From Amphiscolops sp. MND2022 (taxonomy: Eukaryota): DNA of 64,000 bases. Each line of letters starts with the position of its first letter. Position 1 is the stretch's first letter. The stretch spans positions 49,664,001 to 49,728,000 of the forward strand of contig OZ076409.1 of the NCBI GenBank assembly GCA_964187785.1, written 5' to 3'. A model generated the notes under the pieces. The model had not been told where the DNA came from. It did no database searches and saw nothing but the letters and a program-made list of their open reading frames with translations. A program made the position numbers and the translations under genes. Below, in pieces: positions 62,401 through 64,000 of this stretch.

Positions 62401-64000
62401 ACATCCAGCCCAAGGAGTCCGGAGGCGGCGGAGGAGAGTCACGTGAACAAGTCGTGTACCGACAAGCACAGGAGTTCTTGGATAAACTTCCCCCTGACTA
62501 TGTACCCCACGAGGTAAGTTACATTTGATGGTGTAACTTCTTGGTGCAATACTGATAAACAACAAGTTGACAGAAAAAGTTGGTAGATATAGTTCTCGGT
62601 GATTTTTTTCTGAATTTTTTCAGAAAGGAAATGGGGGCATTTTCATTTACCTCGCATCCAACTTTTCTGTCAAATTGTTGAACTTGAATTGAATAAATTG
62701 TTCAAAACAATTGATGGTTCATTTGTTGTTTTAAATTGCGCAACACTTTCATGACCTTATATGCACTCAAATTTGCACCCAATTTTTGCAAAAATTCCTC
62801 ATAGTTTGTTTCCTCTGAAAGCAGCAACAATGCTTGTATATGTCTTCCCTAGTTAAAAAATGCAATCTTAGCCAGGATTTTACAACAAGGATTTGTTCCG
62901 TTCGAAAATTGGGTGTATTCATAGCTCGGATAGCCGCTTGTAACAATTTTTGTATTTGGGGTCAATGCGGTGTTTTGTTAGTTGCATACTTATTGCACAA
63001 TTCCGTTGCACAATTGGTTTCATAACTTTCAGCTCGTTCCAAAATCGGGTTCTGTGAGTAACAATCCCGCTTCATAAATACACACAACTGAAATGGCATC
63101 GGCGGAAAACATTATTCGACCAGTCCAGAAGAAATCAGCTATATGAGGTGACTTTTTCTGCCAAAACTGTGAGAGGTTCATTAATGGAATTAAACATAGC
63201 AGTGTTTACAAATAACAAAAAATATGTTTTTCCTGAAAACGCCGATGCCATTCGTCATTTTTATTTCACGATTATTTCATTTTCTCTTCATTTGTTCCCT
63301 AGACGGCCCCCAATATTTTTTAAAAATGAAACAAGTATTTGACTGTTATTTCCGTTTCATTAATTAATTCATTTGGTCCAGTTCAAATTTTTGGTTGCTT
63401 TATTAGATAAATATTATCATTTTTCAGTTTTGGCTTTTTGGCATTCAATCGACCTTGATCTAAAGTTCAATTAATCATTTTCTCCAGGTGCGTGACCGAC
63501 TGAAGAAAATGGGAAGCTTACAGCCTCTGAACATTTTCCTGAAGCAGGAAATAGACAGAATGCAGAAAGTGATCAAAACAGTGAGAACAACTTGTAAAGA
63601 CCTGAAACTGGCCATTGATGGTACAATCATTATGAACGACAATCTAAGAGATGCCCTGGATGAATTGTACGACGCAAGAGTGCCCAACTTCTGGAAAAAG
63701 GCAAGAATATTGAATACCTCATTCAAATTGAAATTAAGGTTGTTTAAGTCCAAAATTCATTCGTTTCAATGAACGAGTCTTGAAAAGCACATGCACAAAA
63801 ATTCCCATCCAAACTTACAAGATTCAATCTAATAAAATGCATTATAATTACTATAGTAATAAATTTTGTAACTGTAAATGACCCTGTTAATTTTACAGTG
63901 CTATGCTATTACAACTTTTGATCTTATTTCTTATTTGAACTTGCTTCTCATTTCCCTTCTGTTGGGTTAGATTTCGTGGGGCAGTGCGACCATTGGGTTC
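17443..64000 (+). CDS. DNAH5: Axonemal outer-arm dynein heavy chain, DNAH5/DNAH8-like (gamma-type), multi-exon, 3' end beyond window
   Basis: Phase-consistent exons: 17443-17560, 18169-18323, 20322-20444, 20829-21041, 21829-21936, 22312-22488, 22972-23144, 23573-23765, 24223-24404, 25371-25487, 25712-26009, 26531-26713, 27172-27544, 27898-28062, 28496-28761, 32210-32369, 32620-32876, 34097-35202, 35401-35641, 36245-36444, 36645-37410, 37755-38074, 38350-40003, 41574-41799, 42070-42311, 42627-42876, 43240-43526, 45982-46075, 49614-49762, 50086-50240, [50651-50804 or 51504-51657], 52322-52486, 52687-52913, 53219-53441, 54008-54184, 54580-54795, 55264-56022, 56200-56538, 56901-57144, 57502-57807, 58066-58187, 58535-58717, 59029-59239, 60744-61168, 61829-61979, 62245-62513, 63488-63700, 63971->64000. 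P-loops GPAGTGKT (AAA1), GPSGAGKT (AAA2), GEQGTAKT (AAA3, DNAH5/8 signature), GVGGSGKQ (AAA4). Exact paralog not resolved. Confidence 0.96.
19350..20300. repeat. Interspersed repeat, same family as 28830-31042
   Basis: 20095-20300 aligns by eye with 30820-31042 (ggtcatt..tctggggtc..aaatct..acaaatacata.cgca..agttgaatt...tgggtga.acccttt...aatatgg). Left boundary approximate. Confidence 0.55.
21371..21504. mobile_element. ~134-bp near-perfect palindromic MITE flanked by TA
   Basis: tagcgaaaaaaattaaatcaaattcaaaaatt...gagaattctc...aatttttgaatttgattttaattttttcgcta; TA at both ends suggests a Tc1/mariner-type target. Confidence 0.75.
26961..27019. repeat. ~59-bp palindrome
   Basis: aattggaga.tgactcttattttcatttca-tgaaatgaaataagagtca.tttccaatt. 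Confidence 0.7.
28830..31042. mobile_element. Old AT-rich non-autonomous repeat with internal sub-repeats (probable DNA transposon relic)
   Basis: Repeated ~180-bp internal units (30240-30790); right end shared with 20095-20300; no credible coding content. Confidence 0.5.
31180..31940 (-). mobile_element. Helentron/DINE-1-like non-autonomous element, diverged copy
   Basis: caacccgggaacggcccaagt is the reverse complement of the family 3' hairpin end; aaaagcgccagctaaaaa is a degenerate 5' subterminal repeat. Confidence 0.6.
34097..35202 (+). CDS. DNAH5: Dynein heavy chain exon 18 (tail region)
   Basis: Long open exon with [32 protein letters not shown] and [12 protein letters not shown]; ag/gt boundaries. 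Confidence 0.93.
35777..36172. mobile_element. Two adjacent palindromic MITE-like elements (35777-36085 and 36086-36172)
   Basis: atgtttgagt...aaatatctcaaa-tgatatct-tttgagatattt...actcaaacat; then aaacgt...tgaaaatgtctaaata.caaatg...catttg.tatttagacattttca...acgttt. Confidence 0.7.
36645..37410 (+). CDS. DNAH5: Dynein heavy chain exon 21 (linker, DHC_N2)
   Basis: [31 protein letters not shown]...[17 protein letters not shown]. Confidence 0.95.
38350..40003 (+). CDS. DNAH5: Dynein heavy chain exon 23 (AAA1-AAA2)
   Basis: [56 protein letters not shown]. Confidence 0.97.
40128..40563 (+). mobile_element. Helentron/DINE-1-like non-autonomous element
   Basis: 5' ttttagtcggcgc; 3' gtgccgactt followed by hairpin gggccg-ttcc-cggctt; internal aagggtccccct units. 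Confidence 0.75.
40986..41491 (+). mobile_element. Helentron/DINE-1-like non-autonomous element
   Basis: 5' ttttttagtcggcgc; 3' gcgccgacttt plus hairpin agacg-tttc-cgtct-tgtt. Confidence 0.78.
43670..45630. mobile_element. Long-TIR foldback-type element (~350-bp diverged arms) with nested Helentron-like insertion
   Basis: Colinear inverted matches: gaattgcttgaactttt / aaaagttcaagcagttc, ttatcaagttgcct / aggcaacttgataa, tcactgat / atcagtga, cagcgcgcta / tagcacgctg. Confidence 0.65.
44117..44831 (+). mobile_element. Helentron/DINE-1-like non-autonomous element
   Basis: 5' ttttttagtcggcgc; 3' gcgccgacttgggccggtgccggcttgtt; three internal ~120-bp tandem units. Confidence 0.8.
46539..46571 (+). 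CDS. Candidate 33-nt cassette micro-exon of the dynein gene ([11 protein letters not shown])
   Basis: tatcag acceptor and consensus gtaagt donor, phase 1/1, open in the dynein frame. Confidence 0.55.
47670..48597 (+). mobile_element. Helentron/DINE-1-like non-autonomous element carrying a tRNA-like segment
   Basis: 5' ttttagtcggcgc; 3' acgccgacttgggctgttccgggcttgtt; B-box-like gggttcgagtc at ~47850. Confidence 0.75.
50651..50804 (+). CDS. DNAH5: Mutually exclusive exon A (AAA4)
   Basis: 154 nt, tgcag/gtaagg, phase 2 to 0; [51 protein letters not shown]. Confidence 0.93.
51504..51657 (+). CDS. DNAH5: Mutually exclusive exon B (AAA4)
   Basis: 154 nt, ttcag/gtaaaa, same phases; [51 protein letters not shown]. 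Confidence 0.85.
54222..54345. repeat. (CATGA)n pentanucleotide microsatellite
   Basis: About 20 mostly perfect catga units in intron 35. Confidence 0.95.
55264..56022 (+). CDS. DNAH5: Dynein heavy chain exon 37 (MTBD end, stalk CC2, start of AAA5)
   Basis: [10 protein letters not shown]...[12 protein letters not shown]...[12 protein letters not shown]...[16 protein letters not shown]...YPLIIDPQ. Confidence 0.95.
59269..59862 (-). mobile_element. Helentron/DINE-1-like non-autonomous element
   Basis: aacaagacgggaacgtctaaagtcggcgc (3' end, reverse) ... gcgccgactaaaaa (5' end, reverse); agggggaccctt units. Confidence 0.8.
60744..61168 (+). CDS. DNAH5: Dynein heavy chain exon 44 (AAA6)
   Basis: [11 protein letters not shown]...[19 protein letters not shown]. 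Confidence 0.95.
62560..62680. repeat. Short TIR element
   Basis: caacaa.ttgacagaaaaagttgg ... ccaacttttctgtcaa.ttgttg. Confidence 0.6.

Overview
Eukaryotic (most likely invertebrate animal) genomic DNA, standard genetic code, in two blocks. (1) Positions 1 to ~15.9 kb hold a large, decayed Ty3/Gypsy-type LTR retroelement on the minus strand. Its order is putative 5' LTR, extended gag (with CCHC knuckle), PR, RT, RNase H, IN (with GPF), then an env-like ORF whose cysteine pattern resembles class III (chuvirus-G / gB-like) fusion glycoproteins, then further small ORFs. It runs off the left edge. (2) Positions 17443-64000 hold a plus-strand axonemal outer-arm dynein heavy chain gene (DNAH5/DNAH8-like). 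I traced 48 exon positions with consistent phase; the gene runs off the right edge. It contains a clean pair of 154-nt mutually exclusive exons in AAA4, a candidate 33-nt cassette micro-exon and a GC-AG intron. The introns carry many non-autonomous DNA elements: at least six Helentron/DINE-1-like copies, palindromic MITEs and a long-TIR foldback element. All assignments come from manual reading and motif recognition; no searches were run.
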